Shown here: one piece after another, positions 29,996 through 40,109 of the stretch
How the letters are laid out: the number at the start of each line of letters is the position of its first letter
Position numbering within the stretch: the first letter of the stretch is position 1
NCBI GenBank assembly: GCA_963842525.1
Contig: CAWJGT010000021.1
Location: forward strand, 1 to 64,000
Direction of reading: 5' to 3'
Source: an uncultured Holophagales bacterium
Lineage (GTDB): Bacteria; Acidobacteriota; Thermoanaerobaculia; Multivoradales; UBA5704
Length of the DNA: 64,000 nt
The notes under the pieces: generated by a model
Told to the model about the DNA's origin: nothing
Seen by the model: the letters and a program-made list of their open reading frames with translations, nothing else
Databases searched by the model: none
Program-made: the position numbers and the translations under genes

Positions 29996-32900
29996 TTGGA
30001 CGTGGAGCAGGAGAGCTCTCTCGGACGGATCGGGCCCTACCAGATCCTGAAGCGGATCGGGGTGGGAGGTATGGGCGAGGTGTTCCTCGCCTATGACTCT
30101 CGCCTCGACCGGAGAGTGGCGATCAAGCGCATCCGGCCCGGGTCGGTGGTCACGCCCGCGAGCCGCGAGCGCTTCCGCCGCGAGGCCCGGCTGGCCGCGC
30201 GGCTGAGCCACTCCGCCATCGTACAGGTCTACGACATCCTGGAGGAGGAGGGGAGCGAGTACATCGTCATGGAGTACGTGGAGGGGACGACCCTCCGCAA
30301 CCAGGTCCGCCAGGGACCGATCGACGTGCGCGCGGCCCTGGAGCTGGCGCGCGAGCTGGCCGCGGGGCTGGACGCGGCGCATCGCCAGGGGATCATCCAC
30401 CGCGATCTGAAGACCGAGAACGTCCTGATCTCCACCTCCGGCGGACCGAAGATCCTGGACTTCGGCATCGCCAAGCGCCTTCTGGACAGCGAGGAGGGCT
30501 CGCTGACGGCCGACCAACGCGATCGTCGGCACGTGCCGAGCGATGTCGCCGGAGCAGGCCCGCGGCGAGCCGCTGGACCCCAGCACCGACCTCTTCGCGC
30601 TGGGTGTGCTGCTGTATGAAACCTTGACCGGCACCTCGCCGTTCGAGGCGGAGAGCCACGCTGAGCACCCTGAGCCGCGTGATTCTGCACCGGCAGACGC
30701 CGGTGCACAAGCTCAATCCGGCGATCCCCTGGCAGCTCTCGCAGTTGATCGACCGGCTCCTGGAGAAGACCAGCGGAGATGCGCCCCGGCTCGGCCGCCG
30801 AGGTGCGGCGGGAGCTGGAGGAGATCGCCGCGCGCCTCGGCACCACGAGCAGCTCCGGCGCACCGGCCGGGGGCACCGTGGCGACCGAGATCCAGATCCC
30901 CACCCTGGTCGACCTCCCGGTCCGTCCGGAGCCGCGCCCGGCGCCCCCGCGCCTCTTTCATCTCGTCCTCGGGATCGCGCTCCTGCTTCTGGTGGCTCTC
31001 GCTCTCGCGTCGTGGCTCCTGCGGAGCGGAGCCCGCGATCTCTCCGTCCTCACGGAGCCGGCCGACCGTCTGTTGCCGGCCGGCGCGGGCGCGACGTTCG
31101 CCGTCCTCCGGTTCCAGGATCTCTCGGCAACGGGGGAGAGCTCCTGGATGGGCACGGCCTTCCCCGAAATGATCACCGGTCTGCTGGCGATCGACGGGCG
31201 GATGAGCAGCGTCGCGCACCGGGACGTTCCGCTCGCCGAGCTGGACCTGCGTCTCTCCGGGCTGGATGGGCTCGCCGACTATCAACGGAGACTCGACGTC
31301 GATTATTTGATCGCCGGCTCGTACGAAACGCGAGAGGATGAAAAACTGATCGTTCGGTTCCTCGTCTTCGACAGGTCGGGGCGGCGCTCTCTCTCGGAAG
31401 TCCTGCCAGGCTCCGTGCCCGGGCTCCTGCAGCTTTCCAGCGAGATCGCCGCCGTGGTCCGCCGGGAGCTGCGCCTGCCGCTCCCCGGGGCCGACGGCCG
31501 GAGGGCCGTGGATGCGATCTATGCGGACCTCCCTCCGGAGGCCTGGCCGGGCTACTTCGCGGGGCTCGGGCACGTCTATGGCGCGAATCACGAGAAGGCG
31601 GCGCAGCTCTTCGCGGAGACGGTGCGCCTGGCGCCGCGGTCCCCCTTGCCGGCAAGGGCCTTGGCCCTGGAGTTGAACGCGACCGGACATCGGGCGGATG
31701 CGGCGCGCGCTGCGTGCCGGGCCCAGGAGCTGGCCGGGCTTTTGCCCGCGCAGGACCGCGCGGAGATCGCCGCGCTCTGCCACGAGATCAGCGGCCGGAG
31801 CACAGAAGCCCGGAGCCTCTATGAAGCGCTCCTCCGGGAGAATCCCCGAGACCAGGCCCGCTTCCGGCTGAGGATCGCGGTGCTGGACCTGTACGACCGT
31901 GAGACGGATCGCATGAACGACGCGCTCAACGTCCTGCAGGATCTCCGCGGCGCCGACCCGAAAACGTTGCGCGCGAGCGATCGGCTCGGCGCCGACCTTA
32001 TAGAAGGCCGAAGTCCTCTTTCAAAAAGACCGGTATCCCGAGGCACTGAGCCTCGCGCGCGCGGCCGCGGCGCGGGCCGGCTCCCTTCATGCCTTCGTCG
32101 ACCGGGCCGCCGCGCGCCGGCTCGAAGGCGTGAGCCTGCTGTATTCCAAGGATTATCGCGGCGCGATCGCACCCTTGCAGGAAGCCTGCACCCAGTTGGC
32201 GGCCACCCGTCAGGAGCTGCACGGCCGCCAAATGCAAGGAGAGTCTGGCGATGGCGCAGTTCTTCGGCGACCGGACTCCGCGCTACGACCTGCTGGCCGA
32301 CGCCCGGGAGACCTACCGTGCGGCCGGCAACCTGGTGGACGTCGGACGGGTGCTCCAGCTCGAATCCGTCCTGCGGCAGGTGCGGGGCGAGCACGCGGAC
32401 GCCGAGCGGCTGTCCCGGGAGGCGGAAGCGCTCTTCAAACACATTGGAGCGCACCAGGATCTGGCGACCGGACGGGCCTTCATGGGCGGCCATCTCCTGT
32501 TCCTGGGAGAGCTCCAGGAGGCCCGGAAGGTCCTCGATCAAGCCTACGCCGAGCTCAGCCGTCAGGGGCAGGCAGCCTACGCGGCCCTGGTTTTGCGGAA
32601 TCTGGGAAAAGTTCGCTTCTTGCGCGGTGATCTCCGTGGTGCGCGGCAGGCGTACGAGATCTCGTCGTCCGGAGACAGCGCCCATTCGCTGGCTCTGATC
32701 GAGGCGGCGGAAGCGAGGTCCGCGCGGGCGGTCGAGCTCCTGAAGCCGCTGCTCGTCCAGGAGGAGCAGCGGAATCCCGCCCTCGCAGCACAGATCGCCA
32801 TGACCCTGGCGGATCTCCGGCAGGCCGACGGGGCGGCCGGCGAAGCCCTGGAGCTCGCTCGCCGCGCGGAAAAGATTCTGGCAGGCAGCGAGCAGCGCAC

Positions 32901-33297
32901 TCTCATCATCCAGGCTCAGCTCCAACTCGTGAGGATCCACCTCGCACAGAAAGATTTCGCCGCGGCGGACGAGAGGTTCGAGGCGATCCGTGAGCGCGCC
33001 GAAGAGAGCCAGGATTATTGGGTCACTCTCGAATCCCGCATCACGGCGGCGCGCTTGAAGGGTCTTCTCGGAGGCGGGCAGCGGCGAGACGAGGCGCTGG
33101 ACGATCTGGCCAGGATCGGGCGCGACTGTCTACAGAAGGGAAACGTGATCGATGCCTTCGAGGCCCGGCTCGCCGCCGGTGAGCTGATGCGGCCGCCGGA
33201 GAGAGGCGCGAGGCTGGAGGAGATCGCGCGCGAGGCGCGCCGGCTGGGTCTCGAACAGATCGCCCGCCGGGCGGAAAAGATCCGGGGGGAGGAGTAG
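29996..33297 (+). CDS. Ser/Thr kinase with TM helix and extracytoplasmic TolB-N-like + TPR region; about 5 frameshifts (error or pseudogene)
   Basis: Kinase motifs [18 protein letters not shown] and MSPEQ span several frames. Shifts near 30510, 30657, 30770, 32010 and 32215. Confidence 0.8.
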
Positions 33298-33335
33298 GCT
33301 CTCCTCCCGCCCGGTGCTCACACATTTCCACTGCA

Positions 33336-33587
33336 TCAGGCCGTCTGCTCCATCGCCGTGGTCCCCTGGTAGGGCGGCGGCGGCCACAGCGGGGGGGGCT
33401 TCGGGATGAGGATTTCCGGCGGGTCGACGATGCTGCTGATCAAAGGCAGGGGCAGGTCGTCAGCCTGCGCTGCGAGATTCGCGGGAGAGGCCGCGGTGCC
33501 CAGTGCCGGGACGGCCAGCCACAGCGGAAGAATGCAAACAGCGAACAGCCGAGGCAGCGTGGATTCGATCATCTTTTGAATGGACAT
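33336..33587 (-). CDS. Small secreted Pro-rich peptide (83 aa), copy 1
   Basis: RBS AAAGGGGAAA, signal-peptide-like region and IPKPPPLWPPPPYQG. The ORF is conserved in the second copy. Confidence 0.7.
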   Translation of the reverse strand: MSIQKMIESTLPRLFAVCILPLWLAVPALGTAASPANLAAQADDLPLPLISSIVDPPEILIPKPPPLWPPPPYQGTTAMEQTA

Positions 33588-33668
33588 GACTTTCCCCTTT
33601 TCCGGTGAAGCAGTTTTTAGTTCGCGTTTCAGTTTTTCGATCGAATCCGGATTCGAAAAACTGATGAT

Positions 33669-33685
33669 TGCAGCCGGCGTGCCAA
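33669..33685 (-). promoter_or_regulatory. Sigma54 -24/-12 promoter
   Basis: Minus strand TTGGCACGCCGGCTGCA gives GG-N10-GC within a TGGCACG-N4-yTGC match, about 80 bp upstream of the peptide ATG. Confidence 0.8.
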
Positions 33686-33743
33686 GCCGGCTCCCGGGGG
33701 AAGTCAGTCTGTCGGGAGGCGCTAAAGAGGGAAAACGTGATAT

Positions 33744-33778
33744 TTGACATGTCAACCCGGAGGCGGTTGACATGTCAA
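33744..33778. promoter_or_regulatory. Tandem palindromes TTGACATGTCAA x2, candidate enhancer (UAS)
   Basis: Perfect 12-bp palindromes at 33744-33755 and 33767-33778, 23 bp apart and 60-95 bp upstream of -24. Confidence 0.65.
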
Positions 33779-33800
33779 AAGCCGAAGGCGGCGAGCCGCA

Positions 33801-33967
33801 GGCGCCAACTTTGGGCGGGAATCTTCGTGTAGGGGCGGGTTTGGGGGATGGGAGGTGGCGCAACCCGCCCTCTTCGCGCCGATGCGCCCCCACCCAGGGC
33901 GGGTCCCGCACCCATCCAACCGCCCAGACCCGCCCCTACGCGAGGCGTCCTGGGCAAAGTTAGCGCC
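33801..33967. repeat. Small MITE-like element with GTAG-type REP pair
   Basis: Ends GGCGCCAACTTTG / CAAAGTTAGCGCC enclose GTAGGGGCGGG...CCCGCCCCTAC (33829-33939). Confidence 0.6.
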
Positions 33968-33991
33968 TATGGGGCCAGCGGTGAGGATGCC

Positions 33992-34040
33992 TTGACATCC
34001 TAGGCGTCATAGCCTAGGATGCCTTGGCGTTCTAGGCATG
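33992..34040 (+). promoter_or_regulatory. Sigma70-type promoter overlapped by candidate PadR operator
   Basis: TTGACA-N17-TAGGAT (33992-34020). The inverted repeat CATCCTAGGC-N6-GCCTAGGATG lies across the spacer and -10. Confidence 0.7.
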
Positions 34041-34066
34041 GAGCCTGGCGCCGGGAGGTAGGACAC

Positions 34067-34411
34067 GTGGCAAGACAGAAAGCGGAACAGAAAGCGGACC
34101 TGCTGCAGGGTACGCTCGACATGCTCATCCTCAAGGCCGTCTCGCTCGGCCCGTTGCACGGGTACGGCATCATCCAGCGCATCCGCCAGATATCCGGCGA
34201 GATGCTGGACGTGGAGCAGGGCTCGCTCTATCCGGCGCTCTACCGGATCGAGCAGCGGGGCTGGGTCTCTTCGAAGTGGGATTTGAACGAGACGGGCCGC
34301 CGCGCCAAGTTCTATACGCTCACCAAAGCCGGCAGGCGCCAGCTCGAGGCCGAGGAGGCGAGCTGGGACCGCCTGGCTCTCGCCATCGCCAAGGTGCGGC
34401 AGGCCACGTAG
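34067..34411 (+). CDS. PadR family transcriptional regulator (acidobacterial type)
   Basis: LLQGTLDMLILK, HGYGI, GSLYPALYR and RRAKFYTLT motifs. GTG after GGAGG. Confidence 0.92.
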   Translation: MARQKAEQKADLLQGTLDMLILKAVSLGPLHGYGIIQRIRQISGEMLDVEQGSLYPALYRIEQRGWVSSKWDLNETGRRAKFYTLTKAGRRQLEAEEASWDRLALAIAKVRQAT

Positions 34412-34421
34412 GGGTTGCAGT

Positions 34422-37091
34422 ATGAGACAGCTCAGGATTTTCTCGGCTCGTCTGAATGGGCTCCTCCGGCGCGAGGCGGTGATCGGCGACATGGATGAAG
34501 AGATGCGGCTCCACCTCGAAATGGAGGCGGAGGCGAACATGAAAAGGGGCATGCCTCCCGAGGAGGCGCGCCGGGCCGCTCTCCGGAGCTTCGGCAATTT
34601 TGACAAGCTCCGGGAGAGAGGTTACGAGGTGCGCGGCGGCGGGAGGCTCGAAACTCTTTTCCAGGACCTCCGCTACGGCGCGCGGGTCCTCGCCAAGAAC
34701 AAGGCTTTCACGGCGGTCGCGGTGCTCACCCTGGCATTGGGGATCGGTGCGAATACGGCCATCTTTTCGGTCGTCAACGAGCTGCTCCTGCGCCCGCTGC
34801 CCTACCGCGATCCGGAGCGGATCGTCATGTTGTGGGAGGTGACTCCGGAAGGAGAGCACCAGAACACGACCTCGCGCATCAATGTCCGGTCCTGGCGCGA
34901 GCAGAGCACGGTTTTCGAGAGCATGGCGGCGTTCGCGGACTTTCGCCGCAGCCTGACCGGCGGCAACGGCGAGCCGGAGGAGGTCCCGGCCCAGCTCGCC
35001 AATCCCGAGCTGTTCCATATCCTCGGCGTCAAGCCGATCCTCGGCCGGGTCCTGACGCAGGAGGACGCCCGGCCCGATGCACCGGCTGTCGCCGTCCTGA
35101 GCAACGGCCTCTGGCGGAGGCGGTTCGGGGGCGACCCGGGGGTGATCGGTAAATCCATTACGCTCAACGGCGCGCCCTGCACGGTGGTCGGCGTCCTTCC
35201 TCCGGGTTTTGAATGGCATCTCCGGGCGAAATCGCGCACGGGCAAGCCCGCCGAATTGTGGACCGCGCTGTCGATGCCCACGGAGGGGGATGGCGCACTG
35301 CGGGGCCGGTTCCTTTCGGCGGTGGCACGCCTGAAGCCCGGAGTCTCGTTCCAGCAGGCCGATGCCGAGATGAAGACCATCATGGCCCGCCTCGCACAAG
35401 AGGAGCCCTGGTACAACAAGGGGACCAGTGCAGAGGTCGTTCCGCTGCGTGAGCAATTCGTTGGCAGGGTCCGGCCCGCGCTCCTGATCCTTCTCGGCGC
35501 CGTCGGTTTCGTGCTGCTGATCGCGTGCGCCAACGTCGCCAACCTTTTGCTCGCTCGCGCCGCGGCCCGGGAAAAAGAGATCGCGCTGCGGACGGCGCTC
35601 GGCGCGAGCCGCAATCGTGTCGTCCGGCAACTCCTCACCGAAAGCCTGCTGCTCGCCATTCTGGGCTCTCTGGTCGGTCTGGGGCTCGCATGGCTGGGGA
35701 TCCGGGCGCTCGTGGCGATCAGCCCGTCCGATGTCGTCGATCTGCGGAGCGTCGGCCTGAATCTCCCGGTGCTCGCCTTGACGCTGGTGGTTTCGCTGGC
35801 GACCGGAATCCTTTTCGGCCTGGCGCCCGCCCTCGAGGCGACGCGCCTCAACCTCAACGAGACGCTCAAGGAAGGCGGTAAGGGGGCCGGCGGGCAGGGC
35901 GCCCGGAGCCGCCGCCTGCGGGGCACCCTGGTCGTCGCGGAAGTCGCTCTGGCGCTCGTGCTGCTGGTCAGCGCGGGGCTGCTGGTGAAGAGCTTCGTGC
36001 GCCTGCAACAGATCGATACCGGGTTCAACACGGAGAACGTTCTGACGCTTGTGGTGAATCTTCCGACCGCCAAGTACGACACCATGGAGCGGGTCGTCGG
36101 CTTCTTTCGCGAGGCCACGGAGCGCATCCGGACGCTCCCCGGTGTCCGCTCGGTGGGCGCCGTGAACTACCTGCCGTTGTACGGCGGGCTCGGCACAACA
36201 ACCAGTTTTCTGATCGAGGGCAGGCCCGCTCCTCCGGTGGGCCAGGAGCCCAGCACGGACGTGCGCGTGGCCGACTCCGGTTATTTCGGCGCGATGGGCG
36301 TCCCCCTGCTGCGCGGCCGCAATTTCACGGAGGTCGAGACGACCGAGGCGAGGAACGTCGTGCTCATCAACGAATCGATGGCGCGGCAGCACTTCGCCGG
36401 TGAAAACCCCATCGGAAAGCGCATCAGCGTCCATATGTTCGAGGAGCCCGTGCCCACGGAGATCATCGGCATCGTCGGCGACGTCCGCTACGACAGCCTG
36501 ACGGACGAAGCGCCGCCGATGGCCTACCTCCCTCTCCCGGTGCTCACCTATTCGTCCATGACGCTCGTCCTGCGGACCACCGGCGACCCGGCGGGCATGG
36601 CACCCACGGTGCGGCGCGTGGTGCACGAGATCGACCCGAACCAGCCCATCTCCGACGTGCGGACAATGGATCAGGTGATGGCCGCCACGGTAGGCCGCGC
36701 CCGTTTCAACACGCTGCTGCTCGGGCTCTTCGCGGGGCTGGCAACGCTGCTGGCGGCGGTCGGCATCTTTGGCGTGATGAGCTATTCGGTGACTCTGCGG
36801 ACCCGCGAGATCGGCCTCCGGATGGCGCTCGGCGCACGGCAGGGCGAGGTGCTGAGGCTCATCCTGAAGCAGGGATTTCTCCTCACATTGATCGGGATCG
36901 GCCTCGGCCTGGCCGGCGCGCTGGCCCTGACGCGCCTCCTGTCGGGCCTGCTCTATGGAGTCGGGTCCACCGACCCGGCGACGTTTGCAGCCATCGTTGT
37001 GCTCCTCACCGTGGTGTCCCTGATCGCTTGTTACATCCCGGCGCGGCGGGCGACGCGCGTCGATCCATTGAGTGCTCTGCGGTACGACTGA
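34422..37091 (+). CDS. ADOP family duplicated ABC permease (MacB/FtsX domains)
   Basis: LALGIGANTAIFSVV, LLIACANVANLLL, RTREIGLRMALGA and PARRATRVDP motifs. Confidence 0.92.
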   Translation: MRQLRIFSARLNGLLRREAVIGDMDEEMRLHLEMEAEANMKRGMPPEEARRAALRSFGNFDKLRERGYEVRGGGRLETLFQDLRYGARVLAKNKAFTAVAVLTLALGIGANTAIFSVVNELLLRPLPYRDPERIVMLWEVTPEGEHQNTTSRINVRSWREQSTVFESMAAFADFRRSLTGGNGEPEEVPAQLANPELFHILGVKPILGRVLTQEDARPDAPAVAVLSNGLWRRRFGGDPGVIGKSITLNGAPCTVVGVLPPGFEWHLRAKSRTGKPAELWTALSMPTEGDGALRGRFLSAVARLKPGVSFQQADAEMKTIMARLAQEEPWYNKGTSAEVVPLREQFVGRVRPALLILLGAVGFVLLIACANVANLLLARAAAREKEIALRTALGASRNRVVRQLLTESLLLAILGSLVGLGLAWLGIRALVAISPSDVVDLRSVGLNLPVLALTLVVSLATGILFGLAPALEATRLNLNETLKEGGKGAGGQGARSRRLRGTLVVAEVALALVLLVSAGLLVKSFVRLQQIDTGFNTENVLTLVVNLPTAKYDTMERVVGFFREATERIRTLPGVRSVGAVNYLPLYGGLGTTTSFLIEGRPAPPVGQEPSTDVRVADSGYFGAMGVPLLRGRNFTEVETTEARNVVLINESMARQHFAGENPIGKRISVHMFEEPVPTEIIGIVGDVRYDSLTDEAPPMAYLPLPVLTYSSMTLVLRTTGDPAGMAPTVRRVVHEIDPNQPISDVRTMDQVMAATVGRARFNTLLLGLFAGLATLLAAVGIFGVMSYSVTLRTREIGLRMALGARQGEVLRLILKQGFLLTLIGIGLGLAGALALTRLLSGLLYGVGSTDPATFAAIVVLLTVVSLIACYIPARRATRVDPLSALRYD

Positions 37092-37308
37092 AGAGGATGA
37101 ATCGTGAAAAGATTCGCTGCTCTTGCTTGTATCGTGCTGGCATCCGCACAGCCATCAACACCCGTCGCCCAGCAAGGCGCGTCGCTGGCGATGAGCCCGA
37201 GCGTGGATCTGACCCGGGTGCGGTGATAGATTACGCGGCGAAGCCGCCGCGAAACATTCCTCGCGTGCGCGCGTAATGCCTGTATCGCCGACTTTTGGGA
37301 GATCTGAT

Positions 37309-39162
37309 ATGGCCATCGTGCAGACTGACGAACCGACTCCTCGGAAGCCGCTCCGGCTGTGGCCCGGCGTCGTTGCCGTGGTGGTGCAGTGGCTGGGCTG
37401 GTTCGTCCTCCCCGTGCTCTTTCCCGAGGCCGCGATGTACGGGCTCCTTGCGGGGGTCTTCTGCGCGCTGGTGATCCTCCTGTGGTTGCTGTTCTTCAGC
37501 CGGGCACCCGGGCTCGAGCGCCTGGGCGCCATCGTCCTGATGGCCGGCGGGCTGGCCGCGACTTGGCCCCTCCTCCACCCCTCGATTGCGGGCGGCGCGA
37601 TGGGGTATTTGTTCTTCGTCTTGGCCATCCCGGTCCTGAGCCTCGCCTTGGTGGCCTGGGCGGTGGCCAGCCGTCGCCTCTCCACGGGCTCCCGGCGTGC
37701 CGCGCTGGTCGCCACCATCCTGATTGCGTGCGGAGTGTTCGCGCTCGTACGGACCGATGGCATGTACGGCGCCGGCAAAGCGGATCTCCACTGGCGATGG
37801 ACGCCGACTCCCGAGGAGCGGCTCCTGGCCCAGGCCGGCGACGCGCCGGCGGCGCGTCCGTCCGCTCCGGCAGCGGCCGTTGCAGCGTCGCCGGAAAAGC
37901 CGCTCCCGGCACCCGCCAGCGCCGAGCCGCCGACGCCCGCTCCGGCCGCCGCGCAGGCTCCCGAGAAGCCGCTGGTTCCGGCAGCAGAGGAGACAGAGAC
38001 ACAAGCCGACTGGCCCGGCTTTCGCGGACCCGAGCGCAACGGCGTGGCTCGCGGCGTACAGATCGACACCGACTGGGCCAAGTCCCCGCCCGTCGAGCTG
38101 TGGCGCCGGCAGGTCGGACCGGGGTGGTCGTCCTTCGCGGTCCAGGGCGACCTCGTCTACACCCAGGAGCAGCGTGGTGACGACGAGGTCGTCTCCTGCT
38201 ACAACCTGACCACCGGAAAGCCGGTATGGCAACACGGCGACGCGGCCCGGTTCTGGGAGTCGAATGCCGGCGCCGGTCCGCGCGGGACGCCGACCCTCAG
38301 CAATGGCCGCGTCTACACATTGGGTGCGACCGGAATCCTGAACGCGCTCGACGCTCGGAACGGCGCCGTCGTGTGGTCGCGCAATGCGGCGTCCGAAACT
38401 GGCGCGAAGCTCCCGGGCTGGGGCTTTGCCGGCTCGCCGCTGGTGGTCGGCGACGTCGTCATCGCTGCCACCTCCGGCACGCTCATCGCCTACGACGCCG
38501 CCACCGGTGAACGACGCTGGCTCGGCCCGGACGGCGGCATGGGCTACAGCTCGCCACATCTCGCGACGATCGACGGAGTCACGCAGATCCTGCTGCTCCA
38601 CGGAACCGGCGCGATGGGCGTCGCGCCGGCCGACGGCAAGGTGCTTTGGGAGCACAAGTGGCCGGGCGACGGCATCGTGCAGCCGGCCCTGACCGCGGAC
38701 GGCGACGTCCTGCTCGGCGCCGGCTCCGGCATGGCCGGAAGCGGCATGCGCCGCATCGCGGTCGCGCACGGGTCCGGCGGATGGACCACCGAAGAGCGCT
38801 GGACCTCGATCGGCCTGAAGCCCTACTTCAACGACTTCGTCGTTCACAAGGGCCATGCCTTCGGCTTCGACGGCAGCAGACTCGCGTGCGTCGGCCTCGA
38901 AGACGGCAAGCGCAAGTGGAAAGACGGACACTACGGCCACGGCCAGCTCGTCCTGTTGCCAGATCAGGACTTGCTGCTCGTGCTATCGGAGAAGGGTGAG
39001 CTGGCGCTGGTCCGGGCGACCCCCGACCAGTTCACGGAGCTCGCGCGGTTCCCGGCGATCGAGGGCAAGACCTGGAACCACCCGGTGCTGGCCGGCGACG
39101 TCCTGCTGGTCCGCAACGATCAGGAAATGGCCGCATTCCGGCTGTCGCTCGCAGGCCGCTGA
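37309..39162 (+). CDS. Membrane-anchored PQQ-binding-like beta-propeller protein
   Basis: TM N-terminus, Pro/Ala linker, and DWPGFRGP, GPRGTP, YSSP and TWNHP motifs. Confidence 0.88.
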   Translation: MAIVQTDEPTPRKPLRLWPGVVAVVVQWLGWFVLPVLFPEAAMYGLLAGVFCALVILLWLLFFSRAPGLERLGAIVLMAGGLAATWPLLHPSIAGGAMGYLFFVLAIPVLSLALVAWAVASRRLSTGSRRAALVATILIACGVFALVRTDGMYGAGKADLHWRWTPTPEERLLAQAGDAPAARPSAPAAAVAASPEKPLPAPASAEPPTPAPAAAQAPEKPLVPAAEETETQADWPGFRGPERNGVARGVQIDTDWAKSPPVELWRRQVGPGWSSFAVQGDLVYTQEQRGDDEVVSCYNLTTGKPVWQHGDAARFWESNAGAGPRGTPTLSNGRVYTLGATGILNALDARNGAVVWSRNAASETGAKLPGWGFAGSPLVVGDVVIAATSGTLIAYDAATGERRWLGPDGGMGYSSPHLATIDGVTQILLLHGTGAMGVAPADGKVLWEHKWPGDGIVQPALTADGDVLLGAGSGMAGSGMRRIAVAHGSGGWTTEERWTSIGLKPYFNDFVVHKGHAFGFDGSRLACVGLEDGKRKWKDGHYGHGQLVLLPDQDLLLVLSEKGELALVRATPDQFTELARFPAIEGKTWNHPVLAGDVLLVRNDQEMAAFRLSLAGR

Positions 39163-39180
39163 CGGACGGCGGGCCGGAGC

Positions 39181-39296
39181 GGCCAGGCGACCGCCGCGAA
39201 GCCGCCGGTCATCAGGCCCTTCGGGTTGAGGTAACTCCTCTCGCCCCCGGGAGCGTTCTTCCCCTGGACTTTGAGGATGCGGTAGTAATAGCTCCC
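39181..39296 (-). pseudogene. Short internal gene fragment resembling DUF2950 family
   Basis: YYYRILKVQGKNAPGGERSY...GGFAAVAWP, recognised from memory. No start or flanking gene. Confidence 0.5.
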
Positions 39297-39642
39297 CCTT
39301 ACCGCGGCCCCGCCTCCACCCCTCGAGCCGCTCCTCGGGAGTCGGCGTCCATCGCCAGTGGAGATCCGCTTTGCCGGCGCCGTAGCAGCGGCGAGACGAG
39401 GCGCTGGACGATCTGGCCAGGATCGAGCGCGACTGTCTACAGAAGGGAAACGTGATCGATGCCTTCGAGGCCCGGCTCTCCGCCGGTGAGCTGATGCGGC
39501 CGCCGGAGAGAGGCGCGAGGCTGGAGGAGATCGCGCGCGAGGCGCGCCGGCTGGGTCTCGAACAGATCGCCCGCCGGGCGGAAAAGATCCGGCGGGAGGA
39601 GTAGGCTCTCCTCCCACCCGGTGCTCACACATTTCCACTGCA

Positions 39643-39897
39643 TCAGGCCGTCTGCTCCATCGCCGTGGTCCCCTGGTAGGGCGGCGGCGGCCACAGCGGG
39701 GGGGGCTTCGGGATGAGGATTTCCGGCGGGTCGACGATGCTGCTGATCAAAGGCAGGGGCAGGTCGTGAGCCTGCGCTGCGAGATTCGCGGGAGAGGCCG
39801 CGGTGCCCAGCGCCGGGACGGCCAGGAACAGCGGAAGAATGCAAACAGCGAACAGCCGAGGCAACCTGGAATCGATCATCTTTTGAATGGCAAACAT
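39643..39897 (-). CDS. Small secreted Pro-rich peptide (84 aa), copy 2
   Basis: Paralog of 33336-33587. Differences fall mostly in the signal region; the Pro-rich C-terminus is identical. Confidence 0.7.
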   Translation of the reverse strand: MFAIQKMIDSRLPRLFAVCILPLFLAVPALGTAASPANLAAQAHDLPLPLISSIVDPPEILIPKPPPLWPPPPYQGTTAMEQTA

Positions 39898-39978
39898 GAC
39901 TTTCCCCTTATCTGGTGAAGCAGTTTTTAGTTCGCGTTTCAGTTTTTCGATCGAATCCGGATTCGAAAAACTGAACAT

Positions 39979-40089
39979 TGCAGCCGGCGTGCCAAGCCGG
40001 CTCCCGGGGGAAGTCAGTCTGTCGGGAGGCGCTAAAGAGGGGAAAAAGTGATATTTGACATGTCAACCCAGGGGCGGTTGACATGTCAA
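39979..40089 (-). promoter_or_regulatory. Second sigma54 promoter (39979-39995) and tandem TTGACATGTCAA sites (40055-40066, 40078-40089)
   Basis: Motifs are identical to copy 1, while the inter-palindrome spacer and nearby bases differ. Confidence 0.72.
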
Positions 40090-40109
40090 AAGCCGGAGGC
40101 GGCGAGCCG

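Noticed and set aside
37138-37153. Sigma54 promoter for the PQQ-propeller gene (TGGCATCCGCACAGC)
   Set aside because: The -12 element is weak (AGC) and lies far from the start codon, so it may be a chance match.
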